A stretch of DNA of 64,000 bases from the human T2T-CHM13v2.0 reference genome, Homo sapiens, in NCBI GenBank assembly GCA_009914755.4, contig CP068257.2:17024001-17088000 (forward strand), given 5' to 3'. The notes beneath the pieces are model-generated. The model saw nothing but the letters and a program-made list of their open reading frames with translations, did no database searches and was not told where the DNA came from. A program made the position numbers and the translations under genes. Position 1 is the first letter of the stretch. Each line of letters starts with the position of its first letter. Of this stretch, positions 52,909 to 64,000 are shown piece by piece.

Positions 52909-53268
52909 TGTCTTAGTCCAGTCAGGTTGGTATAACAAATTACCATAGACTGAGTGGCATATAAACAATAAGAATTTATTTCTCGTAGTTCTGGAAACTG
53001 GAAGTCTCAGATGAGAGTGCCATTATGGTTTAATTCTAAAGGCTCTCTTCTGAGTTGCAGATGGCAACTTCTTGTTGTGCCCTCTCATGGTGACTGGGGC
53101 AAGGCAGCTCTATGGCATGTCTTTCATAAGGGCACTAAAATCCTGTTCAAAAAGGCTCTGCTCTTATGACCTAATCACTCACCAAAGGGCCCACCTCCTA
53201 ATAGCATCACCTTCAGGGTTAAGACTTTAACGTATGAATTTTTTAGGAACATAAACATTCAGTCTATT
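52909..53268 (+). mobile_element. MaLR LTR, MLT1-type (solo), plus orientation
   Basis: tgtcttagtccagtcaggttggtataacaaattaccatagactgagtggcatataaacaataagaatttatttctcgtagttctggaaactggaagtctcagatgagagtgcc…ctcatggtgactggggcaaggcagctctatggcatgtctttcataagggcactaaaatcctgttcaaaaaggctctgctcttatgacctaatcactcaccaaagggcccacctcctaatagcatcaccttcagggttaagactttaacgtatgaattttttaggaacataaacattcagtc. Confidence 0.55.
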
Positions 53269-55237
53269 GTTCCCTGCATCCAGCCCTCCTAGTACTCTGT
53301 GAACCTCTTCCTTTTTTGCTTTCTTCATCCTGTCTCTGGCCTGCTGTTAGTAAAAGACTGTCTATACCACTTACGTTTCCTTAAGCACCTATTCAGTATG
53401 TCACATTATACCAACTCCCCCCCTATAAACCACATAATACAGAGAATTCTGAAACCCAATTACCAACTCAAAGATGTATTATGGAATTCTGCCAATCTTT
53501 CTTCTTGTTGACTTTCTGGTGGGTTATTTATCTGGAATTGATTTTTCATCTAGATAAATCACTCATGTGTGTCATTGTAACTCTTGGACTAAATTATTGC
53601 CTCTTTAATATGTTGTTTGTTAGGCCTAACTTCTGGACTATATTTCTTAGTTTAGAAATATAGAGAAATAAGAGACTGGGGTTTATCCCACAGCCATTAG
53701 GAAGAGGAGTCAATACTTGCTTCCTCTACAGTCACTTAAGCGGACCTAACCTCTGCCAGCCAGGAGACCTGTAATCCATATTTTAGTTATTATAAATTAA
53801 TTGGTATCATAATTTTGTTCAGAAGTAAAAGATCATCATTTGTCTTCCATAAAAAGATGACCAATACTCAGGAAATATTGATTGAAAGTATTCACTGATA
53901 AGTATATAAAAAGCAAGGGTTAAAACATACTTGATATGGTCAATATTTTATTTGTACTTTGCTTAAAAAACAAAGATGAGTTGAATGGAAAGAAACAAAA
54001 GATTGTACACAATGATTATAGTTTAAATATGATGCTAATTAATGATGCTATTCCTTTTTCATTTCCTTTTCATGAAGATTATTCCAAAATTACTTTAACA
54101 ATCAGCAGATATGGTGAGTTATTTATATGAATGATTATCATAAAAAGGAAACCAAAGAGAAGGAAAAGCTCAGAGAAAAATATTGATGAAAACATTAGGT
54201 ACATCAAAAATCACTCTGGGTATATTGATCTGATTCATTCTTCTATGCTTGACAGAGAACATTCAATACTCAGAATTATCCATCCAGCATTTTGACATTG
54301 CCCTTTGGAGAGTAATTATCAGTACTAATTTATGTAATTTTTTTAGTCCAGCAGAAGGTTTCAGAACTCACATATGCCTGTGTATTTTAACTTTATACCT
54401 TGAATGTACTCTATTTACAATTTAGGCAATATAATATGACTAGCATAATATTACATGAAATTATATTTTCAAAATGGAAATTATTTCTCAGGGATTTTTT
54501 TTAAAAGAAGGTTTCAAAAAGTATTTTCAGTTTTAAAGAAAACCAATGTTTTTCCTTTTTTCTGAGATAGTACGTGTATAGCTATCACTTGCAAGGAATA
54601 AAACCACAGAAATTAATAGGACATGTGCCTGAAAAAAAATATTTGGAAGATATAGGGCAGTGCCATCAAATATACATAAAATGTTATCCACATATGGAAT
54701 TTTAAGTCATCTAGCAGTCACATTAAAAATAAGAAGAACCCGGTAAAATTATTTTTATAATTGCGGTATCATAAAAACGTATTTGGTCTTCTCTTCTGGT
54801 TTCTGGCACAGCACTCCACTGGAAGCTGAGTCTCCAGAAAGACCAACCCTTTGTTAGAAGTTTGGAACTTTCAGCTGCACCCCCTCAACCTCAGAGAAGG
54901 GAGAAAGGCTGGATTGAATTCAAGCACCAGTGGCCAATGATTTAATCAATCATGTCTACATAGTGGAAGCTCATAAAAATCCCTAAATGATGGGGATTGG
55001 AGACTTTCCAGGTGGGTGAACACACTGAGGTACTGGGAAGGCAGCATGGAAACTCGGCACCTCTTCACCTCCCACTACCTCGCCCTACACATTTCTTCCA
55101 TTTGGCTGTTCCTGAGTTGTATCCCTTATAATAAACCATTAATAGTAAGTAAAATCATTTCCTGAGTTCCGTGAGTCATTCTAGCAAATTATCAAACATG
55201 AAGGGTTGGGGGGAGGTTGTGGGAACCCCTGATTTGT

Positions 55238-55352
55238 AGTAAAGTTAGAGAGAAGTGTGGGTAACCTGGAGACCAATATTTGAAATTGGAGTCTTGCCAT
55301 TGACTCTTGATAGACCTCCAGGTAACCCACAATTCTCTCTAACTTTGCTACA
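55238..55352. repeat. Imperfect 36-bp inverted repeat (hairpin-forming), ~45-nt spacer
   Basis: Left arm gtagtaaagttagagagaagtgtgggtaacctggag (55238-55271). The right arm's reverse complement gtagcaaagttagagagaattgtgggttacctggag (55317-55352) matches it at 33/36 positions. Confidence 0.7.
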
Positions 55353-56125
55353 TACTGGGCTGTGAAATCGAACCCTAACTGCCTGGAGGCTGCTTTCATT
55401 CTGGCTAGGTAGCGTCAGAGGTAAATTGAATTGTAGGGCACCCAGTTGGGGTACCATCATTTTTCTTCTGAATGCTGAGTCTTTCCTTTGCTTCTCTGTG
55501 GAGATCAATCCATTCTAGTGTGGCATGAAAGGCCTATTGAATCTCTATGTAAACTAAAGCCCAGGACAGGTCTAGGTTTTGAAAAGGGAAGGAAACCTTT
55601 TTGAGTTATTTAATACTTATGTCCAACCCCACTAAACAAAATACACAGCATGTGTTACACAAATCAAATGTGTAACACCCATATTTCTAGATATTCACTC
55701 TTGAATTTTCAGAATGTCAGCAGGACACTGCCCATGCCTGACCATCCTCAAATATCATGTAACTCTGGTTAGTGCGTCAGCATTAGTGAATGTAAGGAGG
55801 GAGTGACAAACTGGAAAAGGGATAAAATAAGGGGGAGATCCAATATCAGTTAAGTACATCTAAGAAGTGTTATGTCAAAATCAACATTGAGAAGGCCATT
55901 CCGAATTTGGTTGTGTTCAGTTTCATAATTACATAATTTACTTGTCAAATATCCATGAAGTCCTGTGATTTGCTTTAAAGACAGATACCCTGTGAAGGCT
56001 GACACGTTAGACTTTAGATATCAGTCACTTAGCAGTCATTTCATACCAGGGAATCATTTAATTTGCCTGGTCTTTAGAGAATAATAGAATAATACCTCTC
56101 TTATACGACTGCTTTCAATTAATCT

Positions 56126-56143
56126 CACACACACACACACACA
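56126..56143. repeat. (CA)n microsatellite, 9 units
   Basis: cacacacacacacacaca. Confidence 0.9.
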
Positions 56144-59100
56144 ATATGAAAATACTTTGAACACTGCATGACACCTGCTAATGATTTATTACATGACAAC
56201 AGCACATTTCTGACCTAGCGAATACGAAGATGGCACTATTAGCAAACCAAAGTCTCTCTTTGCTTAATATAATTTTAACAAATATATTTATAGGAAAAAT
56301 TTAGCTACTGATAAATGTTCTTAACAATTCTTCTGACGGTTTGTGGTAAAGTAATTATGAACTTGATTAAATCAAACTTATTCTTCATTTAATATGATAA
56401 TTTTTTTCTTAAAAAATTATTCAAACACTCTGTTTGGTATTTGGGATGTTCTGTTTCTTCATGTTGCCAAACTAGATAGACAGGAAAAAATAGGATAAAT
56501 TAATCATTACCAGAAATAATTTGAAAGACTGTTTAACTTTATCTTGACATCAATATGGTATAGAAACAAATTTGAATTAGTTTGACAGTGCACATAAATA
56601 AATCCTGTAATATGTAATTTCTGGATCATAGTGAAATCCAATTCTCAATTTAATTTTAACCTAATGCTATGCTCGTAGATATTAAAATGGGCATTTTCAT
56701 AACTTTTTATTTACAAAGAAGAGTAAAGTTTAAATTATATCGGTAATATTCACATAGTATAGAGAAATAGAGCTAGCATCTATGTTTTATGTAAAATTCC
56801 AGCTCCTTTCAGTTGCGATTTTTTTTGGGGTTTCAATGAAATTATGTATTTACCAACATAAACAGATTTTAAAATTTACTATTTTCAATTAGTTACTGCT
56901 TGTGAATGTGTGCAAAAATTAAAGTCTTTATAATCACTAGACTGGGATCTTTATGCCATCAGTTTTCTTTAAATTAGTATAAGGCACAGTCATGTGGGTG
57001 AAATATGTTAAATTTGAGCCAGGTGTGTTGAAGACAAAGTCCTTGTTTAACTCTTTTACTTAATACATAAGTGAGAAAGGTAACTTTTAAACTGCCCTTG
57101 CAAAAATTATAATAGTAAGAAAATTATGGCAGTGAAAGAGATCAGACCTAACCAACTCCATCTTTTCTTTAACCTTCAAACTGCCCTTAGCTGTTCCTGA
57201 GCATGGACCAAGTTAAGTTTGGAAGAAATTTAGTTTATAGTTTAAGAGATAATAGCTCTTTCAAAAACTAAACCACCTTTGTAAAACCAATGAAAAGAAA
57301 CCAGGTTGGGAGAATGAGAGGGGCCTAAATTCTGCTAAGATGTAGGCATAGTTAAGTAATTACCAGCCATTATTCCAGAGGTCACAAGATTTGCAACTTC
57401 CCCAATTACTCCTGTAACAAACATTCCTATTGTAGAACCTAAAATTGGCTGTTTGAGATGTCTTCTTAGGCTTTTGCATTTCTGAAGACCGATGGCCACA
57501 CCTAGACCAAAGACTCCTTTGTGGCCCCCACCCAGAAGCAGATTCAGTGCACTAGGACTATTTTCCACAACCCTACTTTTGCATCCCCAACCAGTCAGCC
57601 TCCATTACCTAGGCTCCTGCCCACCAAACTATCCTTGAAAAGCTCTAGCCTCCAAATTTTTTGGGAGGTGGATTTCAGTAGTAATAAAACTGTGGTCTCT
57701 AGTTTAGCTGGCTCTACTCATATTAATATAACTCTTTCCCTTTGCAATTCCCCATCTTGATAAATTGGCTCTGTCTGGGCAGTGGGCAAAAAGAACCCAT
57801 TAGGTGGTTATACTTTTAGCTCATTAAGAGTAGAAATCCACTCTGAATGTGTACTCAGTAAGATATCCTGCATCAAGTAACTTGCCCCTCCAAATGGGAG
57901 GACTACAGTGTCTCCTGCTCAGTGCAGTGATGCTTTTCTTTAAGTGCATATAGAAATGTTCATATTTTACCTGAGTGGGCTGACAGTTCAACACATTGCC
58001 ATCTTGTGTTGACAATGCATACTTCAATTTGGTATTAGAGACACATTTCCTTATACTTCTGGGTTTAAATTATGCAGTTTTTCTCAGTGCCACTGTTTTC
58101 TTGTGGGTATAACAATAATACTTACTTTACAAGGCTGGTGCAAATATTAATTGAACAAATAGATGCCTAGTAAACGGAATTGTGAAAGGCACATTGTAAG
58201 GATTCTATAATTGCTTTTATTATTATCAATATTATTATTATTAATCTATCCATGAAAATTATCCAGCTTATTACTACCAGAAAGGAAATGTTGAAAGACA
58301 ATAAAGTTAAATCCAAACTGCATAAAATGACTTTATAATATTAAGAGATACAGACTTGTATTTGAATATATTAGCAAAAACAATGGAATTATAAATATGT
58401 ATTTTCCATTTTTTCTAGCAAACAATAATTTATTTATATGAAAAATGTATAGTTAGAAAAGCCAGTGTGGTTCATAATTGCTGATGTACAAATTCCTTGA
58501 TTTAAAGCAAAAATCCACTTTAATATGGCAGCATATATTACCATATTCTTATTTGAAAAATGTTATTTCAACTCCTCCAAAGATACAGTGACAGAAAGTG
58601 TTATTTTAATTTATTTGCCATATGCAATCCTGTTTCCTCTCCTTAAATTAAGAAAAATGCATAGAGTGTTTCCCATCAGGTAGCTCCTATTTGGATGAAA
58701 ACTCTTAAAACTCAATGAAGAGCACTCTGTTTTCAGTAACTCCTGTTAAAAACACAAACACAGGTTACGGCCAGGTGGAAGTGAAAATTTTGACTTTTTT
58801 TCTGGATAGAAATGTGGAATTACAAATATGTCACCTCTGAACTAGGTACATATCCAGCTAATCTAGCACAGCTAGATAATCACAACTCTACCGGAGTACT
58901 GTGTAGATTTTGCAGTGTGGGGAACAAAGTCTATGCTTGCTGGTAGGAAGATCACCTGAAGAGTGAAGAAAGAAGGGGCTGATTTGCTCAGACTGTAATT
59001 TGCTCCCTAGTAATCAGGGAAGTCATACCTCATCCCATAGGGAAGAATGACAAGTAACAGAAAAAGGGTAAGGATATGGCTCTTTGGAGGGTTCTGGACA

Positions 59101-59199
59101 GAAAAGTTGAAGCAGAGAAAAATTACATATTCAGATAGAAAAACAAATTTATTGAACAATGATCCAATAGATTATTAAAATAGGTACCATTTTTGTTTA

Positions 59200-59335
59200 G
59201 GTTTATGTTTTGTGAAATTGATTTATGTTTTGTGAAATTTATGATTTCACAATTTTTTGTTTTGTGAAATTGTACATAATTTATGTTCTGTGAAATTGTT
59301 GATCTATGTTTTGTGAAATTGTACATAATCTATTA
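59200..59335. repeat. Degenerate tandem repeat, ~21-31 bp unit x5 (ttatgttttgtgaaattg)
   Basis: tgtgaaatt recurs at 59211, 59232, 59263, 59289 and 59313. Confidence 0.7.
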
Positions 59336-60856
59336 TTTCTTTCAATAGATATTTTAATTTAAAGTATGAAATAATTAACACTGCTAGTCATTAATTTTTA
59401 CCCTGAAACACAATCTTGCCTCAAATTTTCAGAACATTATTTTTTATTTAGTATATCACTTCATAAATAGCCACAACCCTCAAAGATGTAAATTAAGGAC
59501 AGCAAGGTTTAAAATCAATAATTCCTTTAAGCCTTTACAATATTTTTTAAAGTAGTGCCAGGAAATAAGACATGCTGGCTTTCACTTTCAGTAACCTGAA
59601 AATAATAGCATAAATTATGTAAGTAACCTCTTATTTAACAGAGTTGTATCATATTTTTTACTCTAAGTTCCTTGTTTAGTATGACAAAGCTCTACTTTCT
59701 AGATCAGTGGTTCTCAAAGACAATGATTTTCTCCCAGGAAGATTTCTTAGGAGGCATTTGGCAATGTCTGGAGAGAGTTTGGGTTGTGATAAAACAAGGA
59801 AGACACTACTATTGGCAACTAGTGAACAGAGATCACAGATGCTGCTGAACATCCTAAAATTCAAGTGGCAGCTTTTACAACATAGAAGTGGCCAAAAATG
59901 TCAGTTGTGCTGAGGTTCAGAATCTTTGTTTTAGATGCATGTTATTTGACTTAAGATTTGTATTAATATCAAAGGGACAACTTTGGGGCTTGAAGATGGC
60001 TGACTAGAGGGACCTGACACTTGCCTTCTCCACAAAGAAGGACCAAAACAGCAAATAAATAATCACACGTTGAATAGAGTGTCTGAGAGAGAACAGTAGA
60101 ATTCAGCAGAGAAATCACAGGAAAGCTCTGAGATACACACAGAAGAGAGAAGCAAAGCAGTTCACTGGTCAGGATTGGCTGGGAGCCTCAGGAGAGAGAA
60201 ACTTCCCAGCGTAGGAAAAAGGTAAATGAGAGATCACCTGCGGTCCTCATTTCCACCATGAACGTCTGCTATCTGCAAGCGGAGAAGCCCCTTGGCCCTT
60301 GCAGGCCCTGAGACCAGTATAGGAAGCCGTATAGAGTCCATATGATTGTATTGTTCCAAAGTGGGAGTTCATGCTGGATCATATCAACCTCCTTGCCACC
60401 CCATGCTAGACTCAAGCAGCTACAGGAGGGTACCATTTTGAGAGCCCATCAGCTACCAGACTATATCCTTCCCTGGGACCCAATAGCCACTGTTTTTCCC
60501 CTTCCCTTGAGACCCCTGCTGACATCTCCCTAGATCCACTCAGAGATCTGCAGTATCAGGACACAGACTGAACCTGTCACTGTTGCCAGGTCCCCAGGAC
60601 TCTAGACTTCGCAGTGTCCTACAGCCTGGGAAAAGTGCATGCATCACACCAGGGAGTCTGCCCGTGGAACAAGACAAAGGAAGCCAAAGCATTTGATGCC
60701 CAGAGTCTGAGAGACCCTGCCCAGGGCCACTGTCACAGACACTAACCTCCCACTCCAAGCAGCAGGACCACTGCTCATCTGCATGTGCCTTCAGGGGGCC
60801 CAGGGGCCAACCTGCCCAGAAACCATCTGGGGTTTAAGAATATTCCAATTCTTGCG

Positions 60857-61204
60857 ATAGTTTGCTGAGAATGATGGTTTCCAGCTTTATCCATGCAAAC
60901 TGTCGCAAGGACAAAAAACCAAACACCACATGTTCTCACTCATAGGTGGGAATTGAACAATGAGAACACATGGACACAGGAAGGGGAACATCACACACCG
61001 GGGCCTGTTGTGGGGTGGGGGGAGGGGGGAGGGATAGCATTAGGAGATATACCTAATGTTAAATGACGAGTTAATGGGTGCAGCACACCAACATGGCACA
61101 TGTATACATATGTAACTAACCTGCACATTGTGCACATGTACTCTAAAATTTAAAGTATAATAAAGAAATAAATAAAAAATAAAAAATGGAAAAAAAAAAG
61201 AAAA
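60857..61204 (+). mobile_element. Nested younger L1 (L1PA-type) 3'-end insertion with 19-20-bp TSD and a 40-bp inverted leading segment
   Basis: Direct part 60897-61204 is the L1PA 3' end (caaactgtcgcaaggacaaaaaaccaaacaccacatgttctcactcataggtgggaattgaacaatgagaacacatggacacaggaaggggaacatcacacaccggggcctgttgtggggtggggggaggggggagggatagcattaggagatatacctaatgttaaatgacgagttaatgggtgcagcacaccaacatggcacatgtatacatatgtaactaacctgcacattgtgcacatgtactctaaaatttaaagtataataaa… A-rich tail). 60857-60896 (gatagtttgctgagaatgatggtttccagctttatccatg) is the reverse complement of the immediately upstream L1 sequence catggatgaagctggaaaccatcattctcagcaaactatc. Flanking direct repeats are aagaatattccaattcttgc (60837-60856) and aagaatattccaatcttgc (61205-61223). 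Confidence 0.8.
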
Positions 61205-61888
61205 AAGAATATTCCAATCTTGCCTAGTGACCCTAGCACCGTGCATGCCATTTGGGAGCCTGAGGACAACTCAACCTACCACCATTGGCACCCTTGCATG
61301 CTGTCTGGGGGCGTGAAAATTCAAGTATACTGTCCTGCTGCTGCCAGTGCCAGCTCACACAATCAGGAGACTGGAGGACTGGACTGCCCCACCCTCACCT
61401 TCCTGCAGCAGTGCACATGAATACCACCGGGGGGCCTGAAAACAGTTCTGCCCTGCCCATTGCCATCTCCATTAGCACCCAAGCATGCTGTCTAGGGGCC
61501 GAAAAATGAATCTTCATAAATTTAAATAAATTAAAATCATATCAAACATCTTCCCACATCATAATAGAGTAAAATTAGAAATCAATACCAAGTAGAACTT
61601 TGGAAACTGTACAAATACATGGAAATTAAGCAACATGCTCCTGAGTGACCACTGGTTCAATAAAGAAATTAAAAATAAATTAAAACATTTTTTGAAACAA
61701 ATGAAAATAGAAACACAAATACCAAAACCTAGGGGGTAGAGCAAAGGCAGTGGTAAGATGGAAGTTTGTAGTTATAAATACCTACACCTCACAAAGAGTA
61801 GAAATATTTCAAATAAACAACCTGATTACTTGCCACCTCAAAAAGCTAGGAAAACAAACAAAAAAAGCAAATAATCAAACTCAAAATT

Positions 61889-62045
61889 ATTAATTTTTTA
61901 AATTTAAATTTTTATTTAATTTAGTTATTTTTTAGAGACTGGGTCTCCCTCTGTTGTCCAGGCTGGCCCTCAAGTGATCCTCCCGTTTTGGCCTCCCAAA
62001 GCACTGTGATTATAGGTGACAGCCACTGCACTCAACCCAAACTCA
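61889..62045 (-). mobile_element. Internally deleted Alu fragment nested in the L1, with 13-bp TSD
   Basis: Tail-derived attaattttttaaatttaaatttttatttaatttagttatttttt, then reverse-complement Alu pieces agagactgggtctccctctgttgtccaggctgg | cctcaagtgatcctcccgttttggcctcccaaagcactgtgattataggtgacagccactgcactcaacc. Perfect direct repeat caaactcaaaatt at 61876-61888 and 62046-62058. Confidence 0.75.
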
Positions 62046-64000
62046 AAATTAGTAGAAGAAAATAAATCATAAAAATCAGAGCAGAACTGGATAAAATAGA
62101 GACTAAAAATTTACAAAGTATCCATGAAACAAAAAGTGTTTTTTTGAAAAAAGATAAACAAGATCAATAAACTGATAGTTTGACTAACCAAGAAAAAGAG
62201 AGAGAAGACATAAAAAAGTAAAAGTAAAAATTAAAAAGGAGACATTAAACTGGTATCAGAAAAATAAAAAATATCATTAAAAACTGTTATGAAGCACTAT
62301 ATGCTAACAAATTGGAAAATCTAAAGAAAATGGATAAATACCTAGATACACATAACCTACCAGGATTGCATAAAGAAATTAAAAATTTGAACAGATCAAT
62401 AAGAAGTAACAAAATTGAAGCAGTAATAAGTCTCCCATCAAAGAAAAGCCCAGAACCTGATGGCTTAACTGCTGAATTTTATCAAATTTATCAAGAAGAA
62501 CTAAAATGAATTTCTCTGAAACTATTCAAAAAAAATTTAAGATGAGCCCTCTATGAGGCCAGCATTGCCCTGATACCAAATCCAGGAAAGGCATAACAAA
62601 AATAGAAAACCACAGGCCAATACTCCTGAATAACATAGATGCAAAATTCCTCAACAAAATACTAGTAAAACAAATCAAACAACATAGCAAAATACACCAA
62701 GATCTAGTGGGATTTATCAAAGGGACACAAGTATGGTTCCACATATGTAAATGGATAAATGTAATACATCACATGAACAGAATGAAGGACAAAAATTGTA
62801 ATATCACCTCAATAAATACATAAAAAGCACCTGATAAAATTCCGAATCCTTTATGATAAAAACTCTCAAGATATTAGGCACGGAAGGAACATAGCTCAAC
62901 ATAGTAAAGAAAATATATTGCTGACCCATAGGTAACATCATATTGGATGGGGAAAAGCTGAAATCTTTTCCCCTAAAAACTAGAAAAAGATAAGAATGCC
63001 CACTTTCACCGCTGTTATTCAACATAGTATTAGAAGTTCTGGCCAGAACAGGCAGGCAAAGGGAAGAAATAAAAGGAATTCAAACTGGAAAAAAGAAGTC
63101 AAAATGTATCTCTTTGCAGATAAGATGATCTTATATATTTAAAAACAAACAAAACACTAAGACTCCACCAAAAAAAAAAAAACCATTTAGAACTAATAAA
63201 TGAATTCAGTAAAGTTGCAGGATACAAATTCAATATATAAAAATCACTAACATTTCCACACACCAAAAACAAATTAGCTGAAAAAGAAATTTAAAAGGCA
63301 ATCCCTTTTATAAAAGCTAGAAAAAAAAATATCTAGAAATAAATTTAACCAAGAAGTCAAAAGACCTCTGCAAGGAAAACTACAAAACACTGATGAAAGA
63401 AATTGAGGAGGATACAGATAAATAGCAAAAATCTTCTGCTCATGGAATGGAAGCATTAATATTGCTTAAATGTCTATACCACCCAAAGTGATCTACAGAT
63501 TCAATGTAATCTTGATCAAAGTAACAATGGCATTCTTTGCAGAAATAGAAACAAAAATTCTAAAATTTGTATGACACTATAAAAGACCTGAATAACCAAA
63601 GCAATCTGAACCAAAGAACCAAACTGGAAGCCATCACACTACTTGACTTCAAAATATACTCCAAAGCTGTAATAACCAAAACATCAAGGTGCTAACATGA
63701 AAACAAACAAGACCAATGGTACAGAATACAAAACCCAGAAATAAATCCAAATATTTACAGCCAACTGATTTTTTGATAAAGAGCCCAAAAATATACATTG
63801 GTGAAAGGACACCCTCTTCAATAAATGGTTCTAGGAAACCTGAATATCTATTATGCAAAAAGAATGAAACTATATTCCTATCTCTTGCTGTATAAAAAAT
63901 TAACTCAAAATGAATTAAATACTTCACTATAAGACCTGAAACTATAAAAATACTAGAAGAAAACCTAGGCAATACTCACATGGACATTGATTTAGGCAAA

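Larger units (their letters stand above)
59973..64000 (+). mobile_element. Older primate L1 (L1PA/L1PB-type): 5'UTR joined to ORF2, ORF1 region apparently missing; runs off the window end
   Basis: 59973-60836 and 61224-61500 match the old-L1 5'UTR (gggacaactttggggcttgaagatggctgactagagggacctgacacttgccttctccacaaagaaggaccaaaacagcaaataaataatcacacg…gaattcagcagagaaatcacagg…aggattggctgggagcctcaggagagagaaacttccc…ccaccatgaacgtctgctatctgcaagcggagaag…cagtataggaag…actcaagcagctacaggagggtaccattttgagagcccatcagctacc…). From ~61540 on it matches ORF2 (…aaactgtacaaatacatggaaattaagcaacatgctcctgagtgaccactgg…aaaatggataaatacctagatacacataacctaccaggattgcataaagaaat…cctgatggcttaactgctgaattttatcaaa…aggccagcattgccctgataccaaatccagg…). 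Confidence 0.75.

Overview
This window is primate (almost certainly human) nuclear DNA, not a prokaryotic or compact gene-dense region. It is AT-rich (roughly mid-30s % GC by eye) and packed with interspersed repeats. I can place at least ~40% of it in recognisable transposable-element families. These are: at least 10 Alu SINEs or Alu fragments; six L1 LINE segments from at least two age classes; three THE1/MST-type MaLR retroviral-like elements (two full-length LTR-internal-LTR copies, one partial) plus THE1/MST-type solo LTRs and three MLT1-type LTRs; an ERVL-class fragment (MLT2-like LTR plus a decayed pro-pol region) and a second MLT2-like solo LTR; Tigger/mariner-class DNA transposon remnants, including two MADE1 palindromic MITEs; microsatellites, a 73-bp x ~10 minisatellite and several short local tandem duplications. 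Several insertions are nested and keep intact target-site duplications (TSDs), so relative insertion order can be read directly from the sequence. I cannot support any protein-coding exon, rRNA/tRNA gene, CpG island or prokaryote-style operon. Every long six-frame ORF sits in a retroelement interior, a low-complexity tract or AT-rich unique DNA. I see no evidence of a novel defence or biological system here. The most interesting observations are structural and are listed in the findings: nested TEs, a twin-priming-like L1 junction, a VNTR at an ERVL/L1 junction, a long homopurine tract grown from an Alu tail, MADE1 hairpins, an unclassified low-copy inverted duplicate and a 36-bp inverted-repeat hairpin. 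All family assignments are from memory of consensus sequences, not from a database search, and subfamily names are approximate.
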